Shown piece by piece: positions 32,826 through 45,465 of a stretch of 64,000 nucleotides of DNA. The stretch comes from Macrostomum lignano (taxonomy: Eukaryota), in the NCBI GenBank assembly GCA_002269645.1, contig NIVC01000266.1:1-64000 (forward strand). The letters are read 5' to 3'. Position numbers and translations under genes: made by a program. The notes beneath the pieces are model-generated. The model was not told the DNA's origin and did not search any database. It saw only the letters and a program-made list of their open reading frames with translations. Position 1 is the first letter of the stretch. Each line of letters opens with the position of its first letter.

Positions 32826-34489
32826 GATACATATTATAGCCGTTAGAAAACGGGTTCGATGCCGGAACTCTAGCCATTGCCACAAAAAAATCGAAATTCT
32901 TTGTTTTTTGTCAAGTTTGAAATCATTAGTCACAAAGTAGCAGAATTAAACGCTGCTTTCATGGGCATGAATCCAGCAATAAATGCTCCAGCTCCCAGCA
33001 TGCAGAGTGCACCAGAATCGTCATGATCGTTCATGAGCTCGCATGACATGACTATGAACCGAACATCGCAAATATACGCTGAAAGCTGAACGCAACGCTT
33101 GTAACATACAAATGAATTTCAATTTAAAATAGAGTTAACAATTAAACTTAGCCAAAGACACCACCCAAGAAAACCACATTAGCATTTTTAATTTAAAAAT
33201 ACCTTAGTATTGCTTTCTGATAGCTTTAATTTTTAGTTCTTATAAATAGTGTATTCATTTTTGTTGTAACCACTATCTCAAAAATTCAATGAACACACAT
33301 TGTGGAATACAATTCGTCAGTTTCGAAATAAGACACGTAACATGTATTTATGTATTATTAGCTCGTAAGTATAGACCTGTATTGGCCTGTAGCCAGGCCA
33401 GGAGCACGAAATAACGAGATGGCGAGCGAATTAAATTAACAGTGACACGTACACCCGTACCGCGTCACCCACCTTGCAGTGGGCAGCACGATTCTTAAAG
33501 TTTATGGCCTAACGGTTGGTTTTACGTATATCTGAGTCTGAGACATCGCTATTATTAAAAAATTACTGACGACGTACAATTTTGGATTGAATTTGACCTT
33601 ACAAAGACTTCTTAAATATGATCGATGGAATGGTGCAGTGACATATTGACGGGCATTTTGGATCTTGGCAGCTGTAGAAGTGAATTGCAACAGAATCAGT
33701 AAATTACATATAACTTTATACATGTAAATCTCGATTTACATGTAGAAAAGGACATGACGTGAAGGACATGTACGTGTTGTGTATTCGCGTGTATGTTTTG
33801 CGTTGATTTAAGTATACTTAACTTAACTTAACTTATACTTAATTTAAGTACATGTATATGATTATTTCCGAAATGCATGTAATATAATTAATTCTCTAAT
33901 GAAGAATAAAGTATAACAGTGTGTATACATGAATTTTTCCGTCCAGGAAAATATCTAGGGTAGGATTTTTCTTCCTTCGATCGAGAAAACCATAGTAAGC
34001 ACATTAATTTCACCTCGTTTTAATTGCCTTCGACTATGATACCATGGAACTGTATATTGTCCACCATTAAAAATCGATGTGCATGTACTAGCATTTTTGC
34101 ACAGGGAAATGCAAGCAACAAGCCTCGCCACATTTTTGACTGAATTAAAAAATTGAATCGCTTTACATGTACATTATGTAGTAGCCAAAAAATTATGCTA
34201 AACGGTACATATACATATAATGAATTATTAAATCCCATGCAGGAGCGTCTCAACTGAATATATACATATATCCATAAATATATATTTACATATGGATTTT
34301 TACATGTACACGTAGTTTATAAATTGAAGATGTCAATGGGGCCAGACGCGTGATAACGATATAGATGTAGATAAACGGATTTTTAACTATCATCAGAAAT
34401 TGACTAATTTACTCGCGCAAAAATAAAATAAAAATACCAAAAATTAAAAAACGAACCCTGCTATATACCACCCAATTAAAAGCCTGACT

Positions 34490-34750
34490 TTTATAACCTT
34501 AAAAATCAAACCGCGGAGAAACCCAACCGCCCTAAATGCTTGACTTTTACATGTATGACCCTAGAAATCAAACTGGAGAAACTCCACCACCCCAAATACT
34601 TGGCTTTTATGACCCTAGAAATCAAACTGGAGGAACCCCACCACCACCCCATGGAAATACTTGACTTTTTATGACCCTAGAAATCAAACTGGAGAAACCC
34701 CCCACCTCAAATACTTGACTTTTTATGACCCTAGAAATCAAACCGTACGA
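34490..34750. repeat. ~52-58-bp tandem repeat (CTTGACTTTTTATGACCCTAGAAATCAAACTGGAGAAACCC), ~5 copies
   Basis: Directly visible. Confidence 0.85.
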
Positions 34751-35963
34751 AACCCGCAAGCGCTAACGCGTGACTTAAACGGCGCTGGAAATCACACAGA
34801 AAATTTATTAGCTCATTAGGAGAGTGGAGAGGATTGGGCGGTTCTCAGCTGCTTACGGCTCGCAGCGACTCTTGCACTAGTGGTGCAACTGCTGGCTGGC
34901 TTTATAATTAGCTAAATATTTCATTGAAAAAATTTAATTTAGCTTGCAAGCAAGCACTCAGCTAAGCAGTTGACCAATAGCGTGTTAGTCGGCCTTTGTA
35001 AATTGATAAATCATGGATAATACAATATTCTTTTTTGCGATTCAATCTTACCCAGTTTTTTTGTTCTTTGAAGATACAATTATTGTCTGAAGTGTCAGGG
35101 CAAACAGATTACTGACAAATTAATCAAGCTCAAAGCAGAGAGCTGAAGAGAGTCGGTGAGGAAGAGAGGAGAGCAGGGAGGGAGAGCGGTGGCAGGTGAG
35201 CTGTCTGTTTTATACGCAAATCAGTGCAGCGGGGTGAGGGAGCAGCAATGCTAGCCAACGTGAACTCAGCAGCACGGATGGAGGAGGGCTTTACTAGCTG
35301 TCTTTCCAGCCTCTCCCATTGCCAATTTCCTTCATCCTGCTGAGCGCGACTTCCCCGCAATCGGCCGAACAGAGTAGAGTCGAGCTGACTGAGTTGCGCC
35401 TCATCCCTCTGAAAGCGCAGCATCAGCTTGTATTTGACAGATTTTCCGCTGTTAGCAAAACTCACACCGAACAGGACTGGGAGATGCGCCAAAGATTGAA
35501 AACGAAAAGCATAGAAATACCGGAGCACCCTGGATTTCGAATGTCATGTGCTCAGCCAGAAACACCTACCTACGCGCGTAATCCTGTCATTTCTTGAGCA
35601 AATTTTCTTAATTTTTCACGCTTAAAGAAGCAAGAATTATAAGCCAAGGCGTTGAACTCACATTTCGGGATAAGGATAACCCTCGCTGAGAATTATAATT
35701 AGTTACTATGCATTGCAAAATGGAAACAGGACTCACAAGAGATCTAATCGCCCCGCAACCTGCTCAGGTTAACTGCTCATAACAATAAACAATTGAGCCT
35801 GCTCACAATGCACATATTTCATTTTCATAGCTTCCAAAACCATTTGCCTGATAAGTAAAACAAAGGTACGCTGAGGAGAGAAGCAGACAATGATTCGTTT
35901 TTACGCATCAATTCTCGGCCCGAATTCAATAGGAATGACTTGAAATGCTTTCAGCCCAATGTG

Positions 35964-36379
<416 letters not shown>

Positions 36380-36754
36380 ATGAATAATTTCCCCACTCAA
36401 TGGCATTTAGTTTCGTCAGGACTGCAGTCCCTACAAATACCCCAGACACCATTAGTCAGATCCCAGCCTCCTGCTTCATCTACCTAAAATAGTCATCCTC
36501 AATTAAGTGGCAGTCAATCAGCAGTTTTCCAATTGCCAGAATCGCGCCGCTTCTCCTCGGCCTTACTGGGTATTCATTGTTTAATCAAGCATCAGCGATC
36601 GGTGAATGCCTATGCTGTGGAATCATAGGGAGTATATATTCTACACAAGTGAGTGACTGTGCAGCCAATAGGTAAAATCAAACCTGGGATTTCAGTCTTG
36701 GGATTTCAGTTTTAGAGCTGAGAAGATAGATGTGCTTCTCAATCTGCATCAGTG

Positions 36755-37440
36755 TGACCCAACTCAGTCTGCACCAGTGTGACCCAACTCAGTCTGCACC
36801 AGTGTGACCCAACTCAGTCTGCAGTGTGACCCAACTCAGTCTGCACCAGTGTGACCCAACTCAGTCTGCACCAGTGTGACCCAACTCAGTCTGCATCAGT
36901 GTGACCCAACTCAGTCTGCATCAGTGTGACCCAACTCAGTCTGCACCAGTGTGACCCAACTCAGTCTGCACCAGTGTGACCCAACTCAGTCTGCACCAGT
37001 GTGACCCAACTCAGTCTGCATCAGTGTGACCCAACTCAGTCTGCACCAGTGTGACCCAACTCAGTCTGCATCAGTGTGACCCAACTCAGCCTGCACCAGT
37101 GTGACCCAACTCAGTCTGCACCAGTGTGACCCAACTCAGTCTGCACCAGTGTGACCCAGCTCAGTCTGCACCAGTGTGACCCAACTCAGCCTGCACCAGT
37201 GTGACCCAACTCAGCCTGCACCAGTGTGACCCAACTCAGTCTGCACCAGTGTGACCCAACTCAGTCTGCAGTGTGAGCCAACTCAGTCTGCAGTGTGAGC
37301 CAACTCAGCCTGCAGTGTGAGCCAACTCAGTCTGCAGTGTGAGCCAACTCAGTCTGCAGTATGAGCCAACTCAGTCTGCATCAGTGTGACCCAACTGAGT
37401 CTGCATCATCTGAGCCAACTCAGTCTGCAGTGTGAGCCAA
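36755..37440. repeat. 25-bp minisatellite CAGTGTGACCCAACTCAGTCTGCAC grading into a 22-bp variant
   Basis: Directly visible. Confidence 0.95.
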
Positions 37441-38194
37441 TGTACTACCATATCAGAACGGGACTACTTCAATTTAGATCAGCCACTCTCACTTAGAGCG
37501 AGTTGAAATCGCGGGGCAACGCAGCTAATCTGCTAATTAGTCCAGATTTTCACTTGCAACTGCTGTGTCTTAATTTGAAAGCCTCCCACTAGAAATGCAT
37601 TATGATAATTAGTCAGTGGTGATAAGCAGTGACAAGGTGGAGTCACTGTGTATTCGATATTGCAGTCATTACTCAGCATCTCAGCGGCATCAAGGGAAGC
37701 CTTTCCTCCCATTGCTTGAGCGCAAAAGAATCCCAAAGCCAGTTGAGCGCATGAACGACTAAACAAAAATCCCCTCAACTGGGTGTGTCCGTGTTATTAT
37801 ACTCCTGCTGCACTACCTTTTATCCACCTTGCTGACTCGCTGCAGCCGAAATAGGTGAATCCGATCAATACAGAGCATGTATTCGTTTTTGAGCACAAAG
37901 AGGTTGGGAAACAGTTGTAGAGTTTCGACTTGCAACGAAGCGTTCTGGGAATATTCGGGGGGGAGCGCTGGGGCAACTGGAGACGTGCATTATGAAGCAA
38001 AGAAACGGAATTTACTGTTTGTTAGGCTTAGCCAATGATAGACTCATAGCTTTATACAAGAGTAGGATTTCATATTGATTGTGCGTGTGGTCATGATCAG
38101 CCTCTTTCCACTCTTTGTATTGTCCGTATCGTTTGGGTGCAAATATCCTATTTCCGACGGAGAGAATCATTTGCTTGTTGGTCATTGTTTATAG

Positions 38195-39120
38195 CTCGTA
38201 GTCATGATAGTTGGTCATTGTCTAGTCATAATAGTTGGTCATTGTCTAGTCATGATAGTTGGTCATTGTTTAGTCATGATAGTTGGTCATTGTCTAGTCA
38301 TGATAGTTGGTCATTGTCTAGTCATGATAGTTGGTCATTGTCTAGTCAGGATAGTTGGTCATTGTCTAGTCAGGATAGTTGGTCATTGTCTAGTCAGGAT
38401 AGTTGGTCATTGTCTAGTCAGGATAGTTGGTCATTGTCTAGTCAGGATAGTTGGTCATTGTCTAGTCAAGATACTCGTAGTTGGTCATTTTCTAGTCATG
38501 ATAGCTGGTCATTGTCTAGTCATGATACTCGTAGTTAGTCATTGTCGAGTAATGATAGTTGGTCATTGTCTAGTCATGATAGTTGGTCATTGTCTAGTCA
38601 TGATAGTTGGTCATTGTCTAGTAATGATAGTTGGTCATTGTCTAGTCATGATAGTTGGTCATTGTCTAGTCATGATAGTTGGTCATTGTCTAGTCATGAT
38701 AGTTGGTCATTTTCTAGTCATGATAGTTGGTCATTGTCTAGTCATGATAGTTGGTCATTTTCTAGTCATGATAGTTGGTCATTGTCTAGTCATGATAGTT
38801 GGTCATTGTCTAGTCATGATAGTTGGTCATTTTCTAGTCATAATAGTTGGTCATTGTCTAGTCATGATAGTTGGTCATTGCCTAGTCGTGATAGTTGGTC
38901 ATTGTCTAGTCGTGATAGTTGGTCATTGCCTAGTCGTGATAGTTGGTCATTGCCTAGTCATGATAGTTGGTCATTGTCTAGTCGTGATAGTTGGTCATTG
39001 CCTAGTCGTGATAGTTGGTCATTGCCTAGTCATGATAGCTCGTAGTTGGTCATTGTCTAGTCATGATAGTTGGTCACTGTTGAGTCATGATAGTTGGTCA
39101 TTGTTTAGTCATGATAGTTA
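38195..39120. repeat. 24-bp minisatellite CATGATAGTTGGTCATTGTCTAGT
   Basis: Directly visible. Confidence 0.96.
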
Positions 39121-39949
39121 GTCAGTATATGGCCATTTTATGGTCATTGTATGACCAGTGCCAACTGCATGAGCACAATATGTGGAATCAAAGCCGAATA
39201 TTTCCCGAGAAACCTCAGAGCAGCCTCTTTCTGCCCCAGCCCATCTGCAGCCAACTCTGTGGTCAATCTGTTCCCACCTGAGTTCTGGTGACAATTATCC
39301 CTTCCCCAAGATTGCCGCCATTACTTATCTCCTTTGTCCCACTGCCGGTCCCCCTCCCCCTCTCTCTGATTGCGGAGCAGCAGGTTTACAGAATTACAGG
39401 AGGCAGTCAAACAGAACTGAGCCGGTTAGCTTCTGGGAAAACGAAAAGGAAGGAAGACAGAAAAAGCAAAGCCCCTGGCAATAATTACTGAGCCGACTGA
39501 TTGCGCGAAAATTGAGCTGCTGTTCGTCTTTTGAGCAGCGCAATGGGGCAATTATGATGCTGCCCAGGTGCGATGCAGCGCCTCGTTTCTAACTGTTTCT
39601 CGGCCGATCCGGAAGCACTCAGACCGAGCTTGAGCAGAGTAAGACATGCTCAGCTCCCTCCTTAGCAACTGAGGGCGTGTCCAGCTCTTCTCGGTGCATA
39701 TTGCTGTTTCTGTTTTATTGGAAAGAAAATGCAGCGGCAGCCCGGGTCAGTATGAGCAGGGGTTGGCTCATACTGAATTTACCATTTCACGTTTTAAGCT
39801 ACTTGTAGTAGAATTTCCGTATTTTTAACACGAATTACGAGAATAATTCTCTCACGCATCCATTTCATGTTGTTCACTTGGACTCACTTATGTTCTTGAT
39901 CTCACGATCTCGCTCATGAACTCATGAAAGGATAAAATGAACCATGAAC

Positions 39950-40830
39950 TTATAAACTTAGGAACTCACTCATAAACTCATGAACTCACTCATAAACTCA
40001 TAAAATCACTCATAAACTCATGAACTCACTCATAAACTCATGAACTCATTCATAAACTCATGAACTCACTCATAAACTCATGAACTCACTTATGAACTCA
40101 TGAACTCACTCATAAACTCATGAACTCACTCATAAACTCATGAACTCACTCATAAATTCATGAACTCATTCATAAACTCATGAACTCACTCATAAACTCA
40201 TGAACTCACTCATAAACTCATGAACTCACCCATAAACTCATGAACTCACTTATGAACTCATGAACTCATTCATAAACTCATGAACTCATTCATAAACTCA
40301 TGAACTCACTCATAAACTCATGAACTCACTCATAAACTCATGAACTCACTTATGAACTCATGAACTCACTCATAAACTCATGAACTCACTCATAAACTCA
40401 TGAACTCACTCATAAACTCATGAACTCATTCATAAACTCATGAACTCACTCATAAACTCATGAACTCACTCATAAACTCATGAACTCACCCATAAACTCA
40501 TGAACTCACTTATGAACTCATGAACTCATTCATAAACTCATGAACTCACTCATAAACTCATTAACTCATTCATAAACTCATGAACTCACTCATAAACTCA
40601 TGAACTCATTCATAAACTCATGAACTCACTCATAAACTCATGAACTCATTCATAAACTCATGAACTCATCCATAAACTCATGAACTCACTCATAAACTCA
40701 TGAACTCACCCATAAACTCATGAACTCACTTATGAACTCATGAACTCACTCATAAACTCATGAACTCACTTATGAACTCACTTATGAACTCATGAACTCA
40801 CTTATCAACTCATAAACTCATGACCTCACT
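39950..40830. repeat. 20-bp minisatellite CATAAACTCATGAACTCACT
   Basis: Directly visible. Confidence 0.96.
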
Positions 40831-41274
40831 TATGATTCCGTGAAATCATGAACCACATCAATCAATCACACCTGCAGCTGTAAGGGCCCTAAACTAATTT
40901 TAGTAGAAACTTTCTTTTTCGTCTACTTTAAGTAGTCAATACTGACCATTCCAAGAATAGATTTCAATCGCAAATCGACTACATTCTTCCTGTCAAGTTC
41001 ATTTGAGAAACTCCGCTGGGAAAACGTTTCGGGTAGTCTGTTGAATAATTAAAAAAATTTTTTTTAATTCTTTAAACTTTTGAGAATTTTGCTAACGAGT
41101 TGGTTTGAAATTTCCTAGAAATACTTGCACTAGAAAGCTTGCCGCATCATTAAGCTCCAAAAGTACTGACCACTAGGAGGAGCAGGTTGCAACAGTTCTC
41201 AGTTGATCCTGGCTCCCTCTCTCATTTCTCCCAGCCTCTGTTCTCCCCGTTTTCCTCTCCGCTCCAATCTCCCT

Positions 41275-42205
41275 TTCGATCTCCCATTCTCCCTCTCCCA
41301 TTCTCCCTCTCCCATTCTCCCTCTCCCATTCTCCCTCTCCCATTCTCCCTCTCCCATTCTCCCTCTCCCATTCTCCCTCTCCCATTCTCCCTCTCCCATT
41401 CTCCCTCTCCCATTCTCCCTCTCCCATTCTCCCTCTCCCATTCTCCCTCTCCCATTCTCCCTCTCCCATTCTCCCTCTCCCATTCTCCCTCTCCCATTCT
41501 CCCTCTCCCATTCTCCCTCTCCCATTCTCCCTCTCCCATTCTCCCTCTCCCATTCTCCCTCTCCCATTCTCCCTCTCCCATTCTCCCTCTCCCATCTCCC
41601 TCTCCTAATCTCCATCTCCCAGTATCCCTCTGCCATCTCCCTCTGCCATCTCCCTCTGCCAATCTCCGTCTGCCATTCTCCCTCCCCCATTATCCCTTTC
41701 CAAATATCCCTCTGCCATTCTCCCCCTTCCATTCTCCCTCTCCCACTCTCTCTCTCCCACTCTCCCTCTCCCACTCTCCCTCTCCCACTCTCCCTCTCCC
41801 ACTCTCCCTCTCCCACTCTCCCACTCCCACTCTCCCTCTCCTAATCTCCCTTTCCCAGTATCCCTCTGCCATCTCCCTCTGCCATCTCCCTCTTCCATTC
41901 TTCCTCTCCTATTCTCCCTCTCCCATTATCCCTTTCCAAATATCCCTCTGCCATTCTCCCTCTTCCATTCTTCCTCTCCTATTCTCCCTCTCCCATTATC
42001 CCTTTCCAAATATCCCTCTGCCATTCTCCCTCTCCCATTCTCCCTCTCCCATTCTCCCTCTCCCATTCTCCCTCTCCTAATCTCTCTCTCCCACTCTCCC
42101 TCTCCCAGTCTCCCTCTGCTAATCTCCCTCTCCTAATCTCCCTCTGCCATTCTCCCTCTCCTAATCTTCCTTTCCCAATATCCCTATCTCAATCTCCCTC
42201 TCCCG
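41275..42205. repeat. 14-bp polypyrimidine repeat CTCCCATTCTCCCT and degenerate variants, followed by (AC)n at 42241-42286
   Basis: Directly visible. Confidence 0.95.
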
Positions 42206-42239
42206 ATTTTACTTAAAGAAGCATTCTAAGAAAATTCCC

Positions 42240-42276
<37 letters not shown>

Positions 42277-42824
42277 GCACGCACACACAAATCGAATCAA
42301 TCCCCATTGTGAATCCTTGGCTCTGTCCCCTGTTGCAGCAGCGCTGATTGCATAACTGTCCCACCCTCTGACATATATATATACAGTATCCATAGAAAAG
42401 GGAAATATAGAAAGACAGAAGACTTCTGGGAAGAGAGCGGGAAGATCAGATATGCTTCAACCCTGATAAGCGGTGCTTTATTTACTGCCAAGCCGGCCAT
42501 AACTGTGACCGAAACTTCCACCACGCGCTGAAGGTTATTAGCCTCTGTAGGAGACGCCACCTCCATCCCGGATCCCACGCAACGTCCGCCTGTCGCTGTT
42601 GCTGGGATTTTTATTAAGAAGTTTCAAATCAAATAGCGGCATCTCTCTCTGTTCTTATCGACTCCGCCCCCACCGAACCGAATCTCTGACTGGCTGCCTG
42701 TCTACTGCTTGCCTTCTGCTGTCTTCATTCAATCGATAAGATGCTTTGATAGTCAGCTGGGGCAAGGAATATTGCCGCTTGCGTAATGGGGTGACTTCTG
42801 CCCATCCTGTCTCTGTCCCTCTGT

Positions 42825-42961
42825 GTCCGTCATCTGTCTGTTTGTGTCTGTAATCTCTGTCTGTGTCTGTCATCTCTGTCTGTCTGTATCTGTCATCTCT
42901 GTCTGTCTGTGTCTGTCATCTCTGTCTGTCTGTCTGTGTCTATCATCTCTGTCTGTCTGTC

Positions 42962-42994
<33 letters not shown>

Positions 42995-45050
42995 GTCTGT
43001 CATCTCTGTCTGTCTGTCTGTGTCTGTCATGTCTGTCTGTCTGTCTGTGTCTGTCATCTCTGTCTGTCTGTCTGTGTCTATCATCTCTGTCTGTCTGTCT
43101 GTCTGTCTGTGTCTGTCATCTCTGTCTGTCTGTCTGTCTGTCTGTGTCTGTCATGTCTGTCTGTCTGTCTGTGTCTGTCATCTCTGTCTGTCTGTCTCTC
43201 TGTGTCTGTCATCTCTGTCTGTCTGTCTGTCTGTGTCTGTCATCTCTGTCTGTCTGTCTGTCTGTGTCTGTCATCTCTGTCTGTCTGTCTGTCTGTGTCT
43301 GTCATCTCTGTCTGTCTGTCTGTCTGTCTGTGTCTGTCATCTCTGTCTGTCTGTCTGTCTGTCTGTGTCTGTCATCTCTGTCTGTCTGTCTGTCTGTCTG
43401 TGTCTGTCATGTCTGTCTGTCTCTCTGTGTCTGTCATCTCTGTCTGTCTGTCTCTCTGTGTCTGTCATCTCTGTCTGTCTGTCTGTCTGTCTGTGTCTGT
43501 CATCTCTGTCTGTCTGTCTGTGTCTGTCATCTCTGTCTGTCTGTCTGTCTGTGTCTGTCATCTCTGTCTGTCTGTCTGTCTGTGTCTGTCATCTCTGTCT
43601 GTCTGTCTGTCTGTCTGTGTCTGTCATCTCTGTCTGTCTGTCTGTCTGTGTCTGTCATCTCTGTCTGTCTGTCTGTCTGTCTGTGTCTGTCATCTCTGTC
43701 TGTCAGTGTCTGTCATCTCTGTCTGTCTGTGTCTATCATCTGTCTGTCAGTGTCTGTCATCTCTGTCTGTTTGTGCCTGTCATCTCTGTCTGTTTGTGTC
43801 TGTCATCTCTGTCTGTCAGTGTCTATCATCTCTGTCTGTTTGTGTCTGCCATCTCTGTCTGTCAGTGTCTGTCATCTCTGTCTGTTTGTGTCTGTCTGTC
43901 TGTCTGTCTGTGTCTGTCATCTCTGTCTGTCTGTCTGTGTCTGTCATGTCTGTCTGTCTGTCTGTGTCTGTCATCTCTGTCTGTCTGTCTCTCTGTGTCT
44001 GTCATCTCTGTCTGTCTGTCTGTCTGTGTCTGTCATCTCTGTCTGTCTGTCTGTCTGTCTGTGTCTGTCATCTCTGTCTGTCTGTCTGTCTGTCTGTGTC
44101 TGTCATCTCTGTCTGTCTGTCTGTCTGTCTGTCTGTGTCTGTCATCTCTGTCTGTCTGTCTGTCTGTCTGTGTCTGTCATGTCTGTCTGTCTGTCTGTGT
44201 CTGTCATCTCTGTCTGTCTGTCTCTCTGTGTCTGTCATCTCTGTCTGTCTGTCTGTCTGTGTCTGTCATCTCTGTCTGTCTGTCTGTCTGTGTCTGTCAT
44301 CTCTGTCTGTCTGTCTGTCTGTGTCTGTCATCTCTGTCTGTCTGTCTGTCTGTGTCTGTCACCTCTGTCTGTCTGTCTGTCTGTCTGTGTCTGTCATCTC
44401 TGTCTGTCTGTCTGTCTGTCTGTGTCTGTCATGTCTGTCTGTCTGTCTGTGTCTGTCATCTCTGTCTGTCTGTCTCTCTGTGTCTGTCATCTCTGTCTGT
44501 CTGTCTGTCTGTGTCTGTCATCTCTGTCTGTCTGTCTGTGTCTGTCATCTCTGTCTGTCTGTCTCTCTGTGTCTGTCATCTCTGTCTGTCTGTCTCTCTG
44601 TGTCTGTCATCTCTGTCTGTCTGTCTGTCTGTCTGTGTCTGTCATCTCTGTCTGTCTGTCTGTGTCTGTCATCTCTGTCTGTCTGTCTGTCTGTGTCTGT
44701 CATCTCTTTCTGTCTGTGTCTGTCATCTCTTTCTGTCTGTGTCTGTCATCTCTGTCTGTCAGTGTCTGTCATCTCTGTCTGTCTGTGTCTATCATCTCTG
44801 TCTGTCAGTGTCTGTCATCTCTGTCTGTTTGTGTCTGTCATCTCTGTCTGTTTGTGTCTGTCATCTCTGTCTGTTTGTGTCTGCCATCTCTGTCTGTCAG
44901 TGTCTGTCATCTCTGTCTGTTTGTGTCTGTCATCTCTGTCTGTTTGTGTCTGTCATCTCTGTCTGTCTGTGTCTGTCATCTCTGTCTGTTTGTGTCTGTC
45001 ATCTCTGTCTGTCTGTGTCTGCCATCTCTGTCTGTCAGTGTCTGTCTCTC
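42825..45050. repeat. Compound (GTCT)n array regularly punctuated by GTGTCTGTCATCTCT
   Basis: Directly visible. Confidence 0.96.
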
Positions 45051-45465
45051 TCTGCCAGTCTCATCCCTCAACTCCCTTTTCCCTGACAGTCCCAGATTCT
45101 GCTAGAATAAATTTATTCACCCACTTCAGCTCCTCACACGGGCACCCACTTTCGCCCCATCCAAAGTTTGACCGCTTGATGAATTTCATTGAGCTCTCCG
45201 AGTTTCGAACTGGTCAAGAGATCCCTGCCGCCTCATCCCATCCAGCGCTGTTGACCCCACGTGCCCCCCCCCCCGTCTGAGCTCATTGACGCTTTAGGGA
45301 TTGATTTTATTTTCACTCTCAAAGCTCGAAAGTGTTGCTGCCCGAAAACGAGAAACCGCCAACGATTTCGGCCAGTAGGAACTCCGGTGGACCTTGACCT
45401 CGGATCGAATCGTCAGGCTCTTGTTGGAAATAAGTAATAGCCCGAGAAATGGGTGATGGATGCCT

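Noticed and set aside
35130-35528. 132-aa minus-strand ORF
   Set aside because: No recognisable motif or confident splice partners; left unassigned.
36755-40830. CRISPR-like appearance of 20-25-bp repeats
   Set aside because: Head-to-tail units without unique spacers, no cas genes, eukaryotic context.
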